From the NCBI GenBank assembly GCA_964016885.1, contig OZ024741.1, forward strand, positions 116,684,001 through 116,748,000: a stretch of 64,000 bases of DNA. Direction: 5' to 3'. This document shows positions 28,297 to 42,362 of the stretch, piece after piece. The position numbers and the translations under genes were made by a program. The notes under the pieces were generated by a model, which was not told the DNA's origin, ran no database searches, and saw nothing but the letters and a program-made list of their open reading frames with translations. Each line of letters opens with the position of its first letter. The stretch's first letter is position 1. This DNA is from Eledone cirrhosa. Taxonomy: Eukaryota.

Positions 28297-29516
28297 ATAT
28301 ATATATATGTGTGTGTTATTATCACTTTTTATATATAAATATATATGAATATACATACACTTTTTATATATAAATATATATGAATATACATACACACACA
28401 CACACATATCTATATATGGATTTATTAAGTTAGACATGACATGGGCCAGCACTGGCTGAAACCTATTACACTTATATATACATAAACATCTGTCTGGCCT
28501 ATGCAACTCTGGTTTCATACACAATTTTCTTGATTCTATGCCTGGTTGAAAGACCATGCCTGAGTATTTCTACATGAATTACTTGATACAACATACTTTT
28601 AACCTTTGTGTAACAATAGCTAATGTAACTCAATTTATTGAGTGTCTTCTTATATCTATAATTTACTGGAACATACTTTTAACCTTTGTGTATCCTTCAG
28701 ATATGTTTACAAATCAACGTCCATGACATTGGCCAACAATGTTTTAAAATTATTGGGGTTCAATGTAAATCATGGTATCATGGGGAGAGTCACTGACCAT
28801 ATTCTAGTGGATCAAGAACATTCCATCTTTGTGTAGTGAGGAAGTTGCGCACATTGGGCAAGTTAAAATTCTTTGGTAACTGTAAATATTGTGATGGATT
28901 TTTTAAATTGATGGCCACATGCTAACAAATTCATACTATCCCATTGGAGGACATTATCCACATCAGGTTTGACAAGTGGTTAGGGTGTTCAGCTTGCAAT
29001 CATGAAATCAGGAATGTATGTGTTGTGTCCTTGAGCAACACTCTTTCACCACTTGACTGGTAAAAATGTGTCATACTTGTAATTCGAATTACAAGTATTG
29101 TCACATAGTGTCATGTTAAATCTTACCAACAGATTTGTTAAAAGTAGAAATATCTGTTGAATGCCCAGCTACTAGCATGTTAATTTCATGAGCAAGCTGT
29201 TCTGATGATTGAATCAACTGGAACACACACCCAACACATGTACTCATACACACAAACACACACACAGCATATTACATAGACAATTTTACAGTCAGAAGCT
29301 ACACTCTCTAAATATATATACTTGGCGAAAAGAAATAAACTTTTTAAACCAATCATCACAAATTCCTTATCTCATACTAATGTACATTTCCACACAAACC
29401 TATTAAACATAGGGGCAATTTTTTAATACAAATTAATATGCTTTTAATATGAAACATCTACTGGAGAGAATAACTGAACAACAGATTGTCTAACAAATGG
29501 GCTGAACAACATCAAC

Positions 29517-29628
<112 letters not shown>

Positions 29629-29767
29629 ATGACATTTTCATCATATCATCACTCTTCTTAATTGGTTCCTTGTTCATGTGTAGCCATTTTAATTTTACCT
29701 GATGGCACAAAAAATTATATCACAGTCAGTTAATGAAACTTAAGTAGAATATTTGAATACCTTAAGT

Positions 29768-29811
<44 letters not shown>

Positions 29812-29825
29812 GTACATAAATTTAT

Positions 29826-29866
<41 letters not shown>

Positions 29867-29869
<3 letters not shown>

Positions 29870-30891
29870 TCTAGAATAAGGACGGGTTGGAAGAAGTTTA
29901 GGGAGCTGCTTCCTCTGTTGACAAAGAAGGGTGTCTCCCTGCGTACAAAAGGACGGTTATATGATGCCTGTGTGAGATGTGCGATGCTGCATGGTAGTGA
30001 GACATGGGCAGCAACTGCAGAAGATATGCGACGGCTGGAGATAAATGAAGCAAGTATACTCAGTTGGATGTGCAATGTTAATGTGCGTGAACGACCAAGC
30101 ATAGACGAGTTGAGAAAGAAACTGGGTATAAGAGGGATAAGTTGTGGTGTGCAGGAGAGAGGGCTGATATGGTATAGACATGTGATGAGCATGGAGGTTG
30201 ACCGCTGGGTAAAGAAGTGCCAAGAAATCCCAGGTAGAAGGAAGACACAGTAGAGGTAGACCACGTAAAACATGGGCGGAGGTGGTGAGAGCAGACCTCA
30301 GATCGCTGAAACTCACCGAGGAGATGACGAAGAACCGTGACAAGTGGAGCGATACTGTGCTGAATAGGACCTGTCCAACCCTTGCAAGCAGGGAAAAGCG
30401 GACGTAAAATGATGATGATGATGATAGCGCTGGCCTTGTGCATTTGCACCTCTCAAAGACAGTGACACAGGATCGACATCTTTGGTGTTATGCAGTAATA
30501 CAGAAGATACACCTTCCCATGCACATGGACATAAACATACATCTAGTAGGCACCTCTTAACCACTATACCTCCACCACTCACTCCTATCCACATCACCCT
30601 TACACTGTAAACAAAATGTATCCAGCACTCACTGTAAAGTGGTCATGTAGGTGCCCTGACAAAAAGTATCCTGCCCACACTGTAAAGTGGTTGTGTAGGA
30701 GTCACGAGAAAAAGGTCCCAACACACACAGTAAATGTGGTTGGTGTGTGTTAGGAAGGACATCCAGCCGTAGAAACCTAGCCAGAAACAGTCCTATACGA
30801 GCAAAACACCTGACCTCATTTGCCCCTAATGGGACAACCCTTCCAACCCATGCTAGCATGGAAAATGGACGTTAAACGTTGATGATGATGA

Positions 30892-30895
<4 letters not shown>
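29867..30895 (+). mobile_element. Two stacked RTE 3' fragments (29867-30424 and 30425-30895)
   Basis: RIRTGWKKFREL..LHGSETW..; first (GAT)n tail ends about 30424, then a second C-terminus/3' UTR with its own (GAT)n tail. Confidence 0.85.
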
Positions 30896-30952
<57 letters not shown>

Positions 30953-30970
30953 TAATACATACATAAATTT

Positions 30971-31003
<33 letters not shown>

Positions 31004-31274
31004 CACCTTGCACAGAAAGAGACAACCAAAAATGGTACCCTCATTAACCAAAGAATATACGCATGTACACACACATACACTCACACATATATACACCTTA
31101 CATTTGTCTGCCTCGGCAATGGCCTGAGAAATTCTATATAGGATTGCAGCTTGGTAAATAGTTAAGAAGCAGTGTAACTTTAGCAAGTACTCATCAACAA
31201 CAACAACAACAACAATATCAACTAGCACCACGACAGCAGCGATCATGATGACGACAGTGACAATAGCATCATTC

Positions 31275-31303
31275 GTTGCTATGGTAACTGTTGCTATGGA
31301 AGC
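31275..31303. promoter_or_regulatory. Tandem RFX X-box-like motifs
   Basis: GTTGCTATGGTAAC followed by GTTGCTATGGAAGC. Confidence 0.35.
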
Positions 31304-31589
31304 GCACTCTAATCATACAATTCGAGAGTTAAGACGACATTCTCTGCATAACTATCTGGCTACTACCACCTCCTTCACCACTTATTGGCCACGTTTTTCT
31401 TTCATCTGTTTTTTTTGTTTTTTCCTTCTTTTATTCTTTCTTTTTTTTCTTTTTTTCTTTTCTCTCTATTTTTATGCTTCTTTTTTTTTCTTTTTGTCTC
31501 TCTTAATTTAAAAACAATTCTTTTTGTCTTCATTGGTGTCATCCTGTCAACCCCATCACACTACAGATATTATCACACCCTCTATGGAT

Positions 31590-31965
31590 TATGTCAGTTC
31601 TTCATGGTACCCCAATATTTCCAGTCAATCTCACAACCATAATGGATTACACCATTCCTACCTGCTATTCCAGTATTTCCAGTTAACCCTATACTACCAT
31701 TGTAATCATACCCACTGTAGAATATGTCAGCTCCTTTAAAGTCAACTCCAGTCAACCCCACACCACAGATATAATCCCACCCACCATGGATTATACCACC
31801 CCTACCCTCTCTGCTACTCCAAGTATTTCCAGTTAACCCTATACTACCATTATAATCACACCCGCCATGGAATATGTCAGTTCCTTTAAAGCATCTTATC
31901 TCTCCAGTCAACCCTACACCACAGATATAATCATACCCACCATGGATTAAACCATTCCTGCCGTA
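31590..31965. repeat. Degenerate tandem repeat, ~150 bp unit
   Basis: gtatttccagttaaccctatactaccatt..atc..catggatta repeated. Confidence 0.7.
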
Positions 31966-32092
31966 TATCCTAACATATCCAATAATCAAATCCATAATGC
32001 CAGTCCTACCTACATGGCACCGTGGTATCTTCAAGTAATTCCACACCAGGGGATGGATTTGTCATCTAGCAAAATAAACACATGCTTAAGGC

Positions 32093-32254
32093 AAGTGCCA
32101 GATTTAGGGCAAATGAGGCCCTGTGCTAGTTAAGTTATGGGGCTCTTTACTAGGCCCTGAAGGAGGTAGGCCCAGTAAAAAAAAATATTTGGCAGGAAGA
32201 TGCAGGCCAACGGGGCCCTGTGCACACCTAAGCAGAATGGGAAATCCGACACTG
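32093..32254. mobile_element. hAT-type MITE, same family as 43066-43236
   Basis: AGTGCCAGATTT / AAATCCGACACTG ends; imperfect 8-bp TSD CTTAAGGC/CTTAGAGC. Confidence 0.65.
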
Positions 32255-32639
32255 CTTAGAGCATCAAAGAAAGTGGGGTACCATTTTATTCAAATTAAAT
32301 ATTTGGTGAGAAAGGCATGCCATAATCTTTTAAGTGATTTGGGCTTCAAAAGGATTTAATCCAAGACTGCCCACAGTTATAATTAGATCTAACATGGATT
32401 ATGCCAATTTCTCAAGACACTTTAATCTCTTTAGCCACCTTTATATCACAGCTATAATCACAACTACCAGAGATTACACCAGTCCTACCTGGTATTCCAA
32501 TAGTCCCAAGTAACATGCACCCCCCCCCACACACACACACATACACACACACACGTGCGTGCATATATTAACTATAAAAAATACAAACAAATATCGTATG
32601 CTAAGTTCGAACTTTTGAACTTCTGAAGCGATTAGGGAT

Positions 32640-32905
32640 TATGAAGTCCATCGAAAATGTAATGTTTTCAGACGCAGGAAAATAATTGTAAATACAGTCG
32701 GTTGTTATAAATAGCTTAAGAGTCCCTTAACTCAATGGTTGGAGCACTCAGTCAGTATCTGAGAGATACGCGGTTTGATTCCCTGTAGCGGCCACGGGCA
32801 ACTTTTTTCCCTCAAAAAAGGGTCTTTATCCGATTTTCTAAGCAACCGACTGTATTTAGAGTTATTTTCCTGCGTCTGAACATACATTTTCTATGAATTT
32901 CATAA
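32640..32905 (+). mobile_element. tRNA(Thr-AGT)-like sequence (32722-32794) bracketed by ~65-bp inverted repeats
   Basis: A-box TAACTCAATGG, arm CTCAG-TCAGTAT-CTGAG, GGTTTGATTCC, T-run; arms 32640-32704/32842-32905; older homolog at 10862-10935. Confidence 0.6.
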
Positions 32906-33916
32906 AAACGCCTTAAATACGCGGTAGTCTTTAACTAATCACCCAATCTGCTAGAAATAGCAGCCAAATCGTTTTCAATTTGGAAAGACTCTTCTTATCT
33001 TCCTAAATTGATCGACAAGAAGCCAGACCTCACTCGCTTACCGAGTAGGGTGGAACTCGTCAAATCAGACCAATGAAACAATGTTTTCAATTGGTCTTTT
33101 GATTGTTGATACTATCTACCGATAGCAACTCCTGGCAGAAAAAGCAACGGGAAATAAGGTGTTTTACTCAAGTATATAAAGCATCACCCGGTCTGGAAAT
33201 CGAACTTGCAACCTTACGATTGCGAATCCAATTCTCTATCTACTAAGCAACGCGACTTCATGTCCTAAACATTACAGTATATATGAATAAAAGATGGAGT
33301 TGTCACGACGGATATGACTTTGATCATATATCTGTCTCTTTGATCCAATGCCAACCTCGTGGTAAACAACGATGTAATGATATTCTCACTACATAGTTCC
33401 TGTCAACCTTTATTTCCACCATTCTCAGTCCTCCACTTTCTCGCATTCATACCACCACCACCAGTACCCACACCCCAATACCACTACTACCTCCCACACA
33501 AACAACAGTAACAATATCTTCACCTATAATACTTATCTCCACCAACGCACCACAACCACACATGCAGCTACTAACACCGCCACAAGCACCACTACCACCA
33601 CCACCATCACCACCACCACCATCACCAACAACAACAACAACATAATCCGTCCACATCCACCATCAACCCCATCGCTATCACTAAAACAACGACGAGGCCT
33701 ACCAATACTACCACCACAACCACCAGTGAAAGCATCACCAACATCACCCCAACGCGACCATCATCCCCACCACCAACGCTACCCCACCACCCTCTATATA
33801 ATCATCTTCAATACCGCCACCCTCACATTTTCACTTTTCTATCACGCATCTTGAAATGTGGCAAAGAGACTTATTTTCTTTGCATAGCAAAGTTGCCATG
33901 GTTAACTATGACTCAC

Positions 33917-34009
33917 AAGAGTGCCTGGGTTATATTTAGTCCATCATCATGGAAACCTTCAGCCTTCATAGCGATACATGGCAAATAATATTCAGTTTCT
34001 TCACCAAAT
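33917..34009 (-). CDS. Possible 93-nt symmetric exon (FGEETEYYLPCIAMKAEGFHDDGLNITQAL), gene unknown
   Basis: tgtatag acceptor (weak), CTT|gtgagt donor, open in phase 2-2. Confidence 0.3.
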
Positions 34010-34689
34010 CTATACAATAATTGTTTCTAATATAGGCACGAGGCCAGCAATTTGTATGGAGCAGAAAGTTGATTTCATCGTCCCTAGAACTTTACTGGTA
34101 CTTTATTTTATCGACTCCGGCAAGATGAAAGACAAAGTCGACCTCCACAGGATTTGAACCCATAACGTAAAGAGGCGTAACTGAATACTACAAAATATTT
34201 TGTATACAATAATTAATGTATTTAAAAAAAAGAAAAAAAAGAAGAGAGAAAAATAGGAAGGAGAGAAAGAAAAATTAAATAGTAAAAAAAGGTAAGCGGA
34301 GAAAGGAGGAGAAACTGCATAGTTTTGGCTAGTCGGTATATATCAGTTGCACCCCATGGATAAGATTTTCGGGGGAGAACAGCCAGTGACATTCCCCGCA
34401 TCAGTCATCCCTCCTCACGGAACTACTCCTTCAGGCGATATGCACTCCTTTCGATTTTACAAAGGAAAACGACACTCCAAGGACCGATGCAAAACCATGG
34501 TCAGTCATGACAGAAGGTAGGGAGTGACTCAGAGACCAGAAGATATATGTTTTACACAGCTACACAGCTTCAGCTTCATAGTGTCAAAGTAATGGACATT
34601 CATTACTATCATATAAACGCTGGACCTCAGTTTTATTGAGTTGCTGTTGTTTAATCCATAATCAGTCCTGATCAAGTATACTAATTTCA

Positions 34690-35345
34690 AAATATAGCAT
34701 AAGAATGGTATACTTTTCAGCCAGACATAGGAGGCATGTTTCCGATTCGCAGCTTCAAATGTTGATCAATATTTTTAGCGTTCTCACATTATCGTTTAAG
34801 TTCTAGATATCTTGGAATAGCGAGATGCAATATTTTTGCTTCTTTATGAGTGAGTGGATTTAATGTGTATGCTTGTTTTTAAATGTATCTTCTATGAATT
34901 AATATAACTCCTTCAGTGCCATCTTCAGATGATACCTTCATTCAGCAAGACTCCTGTATCATTGCAAGGCACTTGTTATTGAGTGGATAGGATATTGTAT
35001 TGTTGCAGTTGTATTCTGGCAGTGAACTTGGTTTGTTTCTAGGTGTGTGGTTAGTTCTATTACTTCAATTCATTAAAGAGATATTGTTTTCTGCAGAGCT
35101 ATAGCTAATTTGTATACTGTTTTACATTTTGCGGTACTTCTGGTGGATAAGGAAACGATTTTTGGTTTACATATAGCTACTATTTCGGTTGTTTTGGAGG
35201 CTACCTTCCAGCTAAAAGGTGTGTTGCACTAAATACATTTTTTTTCTTTTCCTAGATTTGTTATTTTGTGAGTATATCATTCTTTTAAATATACTAGCTT
35301 CTCTTTAAATCCGGTTTTTCTTAGTGCAATATTATAATAGCACGA
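34690..35345 (-). pseudogene. Highly decayed Penelope-like RT-thumb/GIY-YIG ORF
   Basis: Read across frameshifts: YYNIAL..GFKEKLVY, RKRK....TPFS..V, ISYS, NC...PLN.KCL, CLLCLAEKY.I. Confidence 0.6.
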
Positions 35346-36984
35346 TTAAAATCTTTTTTTTTCACCGGTGAATATATAGGGTATTCTCTTGTTAAAACGA
35401 AATGGCAGCTTTTCAACTCCAATGCCCTGTTAACCTTAACTTATAATCGTGAAAAATTGGAGAATTACCAAACAAAATTAGAAACATCTGGATTTATTCC
35501 AGAAAAGAATGCCCCAGAAGTATTTTATGTGTAAGACAAAACGTTAGGTTCGAATGCAAATAAAGGAAACTAGAGACACGTCTGAATGATCAGTTACAAG
35601 GTAAAAGGAAGGTTGTCACTGTATGAGTCATATTTTGGGAAGAGAGGTCTGAATAATTGCTAAAATAAGCCTTGAAGTAGGAATCTTATATATATATATA
35701 AAAAAGAGAGGAACGAAATATTGTAGAAAGCAAAAAGAAATTTGAGAATCAAGTCAATAAATAGAACAGGAAAAGAGAACTGGCTGAAGGAACAGATCAA
35801 GGGTCGTGTGTACTGTTTGACAACACTATAAGGTAGAATTTCTCAAACAATTTTTGGACTAATGCCTCTTTTTAAAGTTGATATAAAAAATATACTGAAA
35901 ATAAATTTAATGAGTGATAAAGAGGTTCTAACCTTGAAATATTACGAAATATAGTGTAAAAAATATTGTTTTGTTTTGTTATTCTTACTTTACTCTACTT
36001 TTGTTCTACCATCATATTTCCTATTCATAATATTCTGGCTTTCTCGAGGCAGTGGTAATTACATATCTCACAACAATGCTTATATAAACTAAAAACAAAT
36101 GTTATTTAAACATTTATTGAATAGACCATTAATTTATATACGTTACTCCTTTCCACCTTCACTACACCTTGCCTTCTAGTGACCCCAGCCCCTAGGTAAT
36201 GGAAACGACAGCTCAGATGAAATATGATCAAAACTTTTCAGCCATCATAGCCTCAACTTATTTTCGGGCAACTTATCAAGGCTAGAATGTTCTGTGTGTA
36301 TCCAGTTCAGAATAAGTACACCGTATATCTTTGCGCGCGTAAGAAGTGATTAAAAGAGCTGGTGTCAGGAAGGGCATTCGGCTGTAAACTATTCTCTCAA
36401 AAAGGAACCTATGTCATTGGGGTCGCAATGAAATGGCTATTAAACGCTGACACGTCTATCAATGACTAGAATATCCAATGTGTCATTCCATTTTTTTAAA
36501 GATTTGAGATTGAGGGGAATTCGGTTGTTGTTTCTAGCAGGTATAATGGCCATATAAAGGTTCCCTCATTTTATGTAATTTGGAATGGTTGTGTTGTTAT
36601 AGTGTCAAAATAATCTCAGTTATATCAGTTTGACAAAACACGTGATACCAGTTGTAGCGTGGTGATAAAATAAGGGACCCTCTATGTGGTCGTTTGACCT
36701 GCTAAAATGTAAAATTTTCTTCTCCGTCTTTTTAACGATAGACCATCGCCCGAAACATTAATCACCTTGCACTCCTGCTTTTTGTTGTTTTTCGTTCCTG
36801 AAACCCTTTGGTTAAAAATTTGGCATGATTTCTTCTTCTCTCGGGTGTGCTGCTTAGGATCTGCTGAATCTATGCCAAAACCCTTGTGTAACAAACAGGT
36901 GACACACACATCCACACTCACGCGTGTGTACGTGAGTGTGCGTGCGTGTGCGTGTGTGTGTGTGTGCGTGCGTGTGTGTGTGTG

Positions 36985-37023
<39 letters not shown>

Positions 37024-37280
37024 GTGTGTGTGTATGCGTGATTGCGCGCATGCGCGCATCTGCAGTCTAGCACATCTCACTTTCACCAGCAAGTAGACTA
37101 AAACAATGCATACTCACACAACTACCTTCTTACATACATTCATACATACATACATACAATCAAATATATATATATACGTGCGTGTATGTTGTTTTAGTGT
37201 GACTAGTAGATGGGAATATAGGTGTGGTGAATTGCTGATGTATACATTTGCAAACCAATCTCACCCCCACCTCCCCCTGT

Positions 37281-37331
<51 letters not shown>

Positions 37332-38371
37332 GGGCTAATAATACTGGCTAAGTAAAGGCCCATGTTGATAATAAGCCAAAAGACAGCCACAACAACAAAC
37401 TATTATCTTTTGAAGATGATTTCATTGCTTCCCTGTTGATTACAGGCTCCCATCACAATCATTACCACCACTATCATTATCGCTCAACCATCACCCTCTC
37501 CCTGCCACCGCAACCACCACTATCACTATCACCACCACCATCACCATCACTAGCCCCCCCCCCCCACAACTATCGTTATTACCTACACCCTCTTTGCCGC
37601 CATCACTACCATCCCTGACTCTGCCCACCACAGCCACTGCCACCATCTCAATGCGAACTTGTTAAGGCAGATGTAAAAAAGTTTAACGAACGAAAACTAA
37701 GTGAGCTAATGCAAACACTTATAGCAAAATAGCTGAGTGTAATTCTATATGGATGTCTTTACATATGACTGACTATAAGTGTGCATGTACTTTCACACAC
37801 ACACACACACACTCACACACACATATATATCCAGGGAGTGTAACGTGCAGTTACTGTAGGTATATATACATGTGTGTGTGTGTGTGTGTACATGGAAATA
37901 CTGGGTTTGGTGTCCGAGTGCGAGTGAGAACCCTATATTTTGTTAGGACGTCATTCTAGAAGAAAAACTGATGTAAAACCTGCGACTTATTGGCAGCCAA
38001 TGATGTTGACCTGTTCTTCTTTTTGGGGAGCTCTCACAGTTGTTCAGAGAGTGGGATTGGTTCCGTGCAAGGCCTTTCTTTACTTAAAAAAAGATTCAAA
38101 CACAGGTATCGCTTGATTTAAACAACTTTCGCGTGTGTTGCGTGAACATGGCCTTTTCTCTTTTCTTTCACTGCAGCCTATACACAGAGGAATCTAAGTC
38201 CTGGGAGGGCTAAAAAGTCACGGTTATGCCACCCATGTATGAGAAAAAGGTCAAAGGGTGGTAATTCTCGAAATGTAGCCATATGTGTGTGTATATATAT
38301 ATGTATACACACACACACGCATACATACATACATACACACATACATACATAAATACATACATACATACATA

Positions 38372-38680
38372 CAACGACCATTGATGAGGAGTTTACAAAT
38401 CCAGTATCCAAGATACACCTTTAGCTTCATACCCATCATTATTGGTGCTACGGGTTATATACCAACCCGCTTGGACCAAAGTATGACTGAACTTGGATTT
38501 GCGGACAAAAAGCGCAGCTCCCTAATTCATAGTTTACAAATGGCTGCGATAGCTGGCACCTTCAAAATTTGCAAAACATTCTTGCGATTCAAGGGATGAC
38601 AATTTCTTTTCTTTTACAACCTTGCCACCAGGAAGGTGGCCGGTCAAAAAAATATACTCGAAATTAAGAGAAAGAGAAAA
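38372..38680 (+). mobile_element. 3' fragment of an R4/Dong-like RLE retrotransposon inside (TACA)n
   Basis: PLMRSLQIQYPRYTFSFIPIIIGATGYIP...LGF...LQ..AIAGTFKICKTFL stop; short A-rich 3' UTR; (CATA)n on both sides. Confidence 0.7.
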
Positions 38681-39083
38681 CATACATACATACATACATA
38701 CATACATACATACATACATACATACCAGTGGCGAAGGGTAACCTGGAAAGCAGGGCATGCAGTCCAATCGCCATGGCGGAAAGTGGGGCTGTGCATCTTT
38801 ACTCCACCACCCCAATTCCCCCAAAGCCGCATGTAGTGTTATCTAGTGTATGTGTGTGTGTGTGTTATCTTTTTATGTGTCTACGATTTAGTAAGCAGTC
38901 AAAATTCTGCTTGCCCCAAAGCTGTCGTGTGTTTGTGTGTATGTGTTTGTGTGTGTGTTATCTTTTTTTCTGTCTATACGTTTTAGTAAGCAGCCAAAAT
39001 TCTGCTTGCTTCAACCGACGCAATTGATCAACTCAAGATTCTATAACGGACCCTTCGCCCTTCATACATACATATATATATAT

Positions 39084-39249
39084 ATAGGAACAAGTAAGAC
39101 CCCGACGGCTGAGCTCAAGCCGTTTCGACGGCTAATTCTGAGAATTAGCCGTCGGGGTCTTACTTGTTCCTATTACCCACTCTACTACCCTAAGTATTGA
39201 GTACTTTGGTGCGTTATGGTCCACCTGGTTCCTTACCAAATTTCCTTCG

Positions 39250-39251
<2 letters not shown>
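39084..39251 (+). mobile_element. Family H2 fold-back element copy
   Basis: Near-identical to 24213-24405; right arm lacks the segment between the two AGCCGTCG repeats. Confidence 0.75.
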
Positions 39252-39287
<36 letters not shown>

Positions 39288-39875
39288 AATGATGAAAATT
39301 ACTTTTCTGGTATTTGTTATTTTTTTAATGATAAACACTTGATGATTAAGGAGCAACAACCAAACGAAAAAGTCATTTTGATCACTTTTCAATATATGTT
39401 ACTGTACCAAGGATTTATTCCTTCCTTCTATGTGTATGTGTGTCTCTCTGAGTGGGTGTGTTGGTCACCCGTCGTTTCCAACAACGAGTATGCCAGTTGT
39501 TTGATCAATGGAACAATGTGCTCGATAAATTATGTTCAAGTGATTGAGCATTCCACTGTGATTGACAAGACTGGCCCTTTGAATTACGAGTACAACTCAT
39601 TTTTTTTTCTGGTGAGAGGACATGAATAACATGAAATTAAGTGTCTTGCTCAAAGATACAACGCGCAGCCATACAAAAAAGTACCAGTCCAATACTGGTG
39701 TCGATTCTTCCTCTATATCTCTTTCTCACTTTCAACCCGTCTCTGAATGAAAACAGCTGTATTTAAACCTTGAGATAAAATGGGCTCCGCCAGGCTTAAA
39801 ATGCCCAAGAAACGTTGTATGCTTCTGCGGCGCCCCTACGACCCCCACCTGGAGTTACGGGGCCATATCATACTA

Positions 39876-39914
<39 letters not shown>

Positions 39915-40994
39915 GCGCGCGCGATGAAAAGGTTCCCATATTTTGAAATAGTTGTTCCTACTATTGGCACAAGGCCAGCAATTAGGGACTGCGTACGGTT
40001 TATTTTTTAAAAATCCCGTTAGTAAAATAAGTTGGATTACTTTGAATAAATAATGAATGAATATTACATAATTTATCTACTAAATTTCGTAAACAAAAAT
40101 AATTTCGTAAAAATAAATAATTTAAAATTGACTTCTTTTCAAAGTTGCATTTCCAGTATATCGTTGCCACCACCATTTCAATTACCATATATATATAGGA
40201 AGAGAGAGTGTGTGATGTCAACACTTCCGGTGACGATCACTTAAATAAACATACTATTTTTCTGTCACTAATTTTCTCCTAATGCAGTTTATATATAATA
40301 TCATCTTTTTTTAATATATCATGGATAACGTTACTGATTACATAAGGCAGTGTAACAACGTCTTCGCTCAATTTCTGTTTATATTGTCAATTACGATTTT
40401 ATTTGATGTATCATATCTACATGTATATATACTTGCGTATAATATCAATATACACACTACACATGCTAGCAGAAAACCACCCGAAGGGTGGTTTTTCTGC
40501 TAGTATATATAATGGATTCTCATATCGATTTCGACGTATGAGTGCCGAACAGTAATGTTTTTGTTTTAATTCTGACGTTTACGTCTCTTATGGGAAGTTA
40601 ATCCAATGATTCGCTGATTAGTTCACAAATTGGACATAAAAGTAGATTGTTATACCAAGTGGCTGGCATGTTACGCCGAGACTTTATCTTTACTCTCACC
40701 TTCACGGTGTATTTCATAGTTTTTTTTATGGCTTTATAGCAAGCAAACCTTCATTCAATGCGATTTAATGCAGTGTTGTAAATGTTTCTGGAGGAATCTT
40801 TGGCACTTTCTGGTAATATATATATATATATATAAAACCAATAGTTTATCGCTCTGCATGGCTGAATACAATAAATGTTTACCAACACAAGAGCAAGATT
40901 GACGGAGGTCATTCTACTGATATGGCTTTAAAGAGACTGTTTGCATAATTGCAAACGAATCGAATATTATTATTGATATTCGAAAAACTCAGAT

Positions 40995-41099
<105 letters not shown>

Positions 41100-41149
41100 A
41101 ATTGAGAGAGAATAACCAAGTTAGACTTATAACATAATTTTATTCTACA

Positions 41150-41455
41150 TACGTTTCAAAGTATAAGGAATAATCGGGGCTGGGGGTGGGGGTCTTGGAA
41201 AATCGGTAATTTGTCTAGGTTGTTTGTTGATCTTTTTAAAACCAGAGTTAGTCGTTTAGTTTCCATATTGAGACCCCAACCCATCCTATTTATTTTATAA
41301 CATATGGGATTTCTAGTAATGTACTTTTTTTGTCATGTATAATGTTTTTTAATGTATAAAGAAAATTAACTGTCGCAGGAATACTATCACTTACAATAAA
41401 ATAATAAATTAGCAAAATTTAATAAGCGCGGAGGATGGGGTATTCGAAATCCGAG
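41150..41455. mobile_element. Dispersed non-autonomous repeat, copy at 58582-58943
   Basis: Shared ttggaaaatcggtaat..ttagtcgtttagtt..gagaccccaacccatc..; the 58.6 kb copy has TCGGGTC..AATAA / TTATTCGAGACCCGA ends. Confidence 0.65.
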
Positions 41456-41982
41456 TGTACTTTCTTCCTTTTCTTACTCTCGTCCATCTATTTTCCCTTT
41501 ATTCTCTCATTCTATCTTCTGAAGAAGGACTAACGTCCGAAACATTAAGTCTCTTTTCGTACTATATCCAACGTTAAAGTAATATATATCTTCATTGTAC
41601 TGTGTCATTTTCATGTGTTGTTTATCCGTTTACACATATACATACACGCTGAAGATGTTGTTTACTAACGAAATATTTAAATTATTTACAATCCACACTT
41701 GTCTCTTAAACAATCCAGCAGCTAACGAACACTGTTACAACAGTATAATGAATGAAAGGCCGACTTTGTAGTTGCACGAACATGATAAAATAAGCCTGAT
41801 CGTTAAATAAAAAAAATAAATAAGAAATAAGTACAGCATACAATTTCATCTTATACACAAACGTTCATATATACAGTTTCGTTATGTACATCTACATTTA
41901 TATACATGCATGTAGTGACATTTATATACATGCATGTAGTGGACCTGCGTCGTCAATAATGACAGCAATAACATTGATAGTA

Positions 41983-42213
41983 CAGGGTGAGCATAAAGTC
42001 TTTCTCTGATTATAAGTTGTTCCCTGATTATAAAATACCATATCTCGGATACTATTTGAGATTTTACTTTTTCATTGTTTTAATTTATAAATTTCAAGTT
42101 TAAACTTTTTCTGAGCATGTTTTACATTTTCTCTTCTACAGGAAGTAGTTGTAATTTTCAGTAACAAAATGGCATCTATGAAAAAGTCAGGGAAAGACTT
42201 TATGCTCACCCTG
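41983..42213. mobile_element. Tc1/mariner-type MITE
   Basis: TA-CAGGGTGAGCATAAAGTCTTTC...GAAAGACTTTATGCTCACCCTG-TA. Confidence 0.9.
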
Positions 42214-42362
42214 TATTTACTACTTGGACTCTAGGATTGGTATGCCATTGCCATATACACCAGGATCACTGGATATATGAACAATCATACAAACTGGGAT
42301 ATTCGTGGTTTGATAATTTTTTTCATAATGAAAAAAATATGTTTATTGTATATATATTATTG

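Noticed and set aside
31594-32046. 150-aa Gly-rich repeat ORF
   Set aside because: Product of a degenerate tandem repeat with frame-inconsistent units and no splice support
32722-32794. Functional tRNA-Thr gene
   Set aside because: Acceptor and T stems pair poorly, C at position 33, TTTGA in the T loop; treated as tRNA-derived
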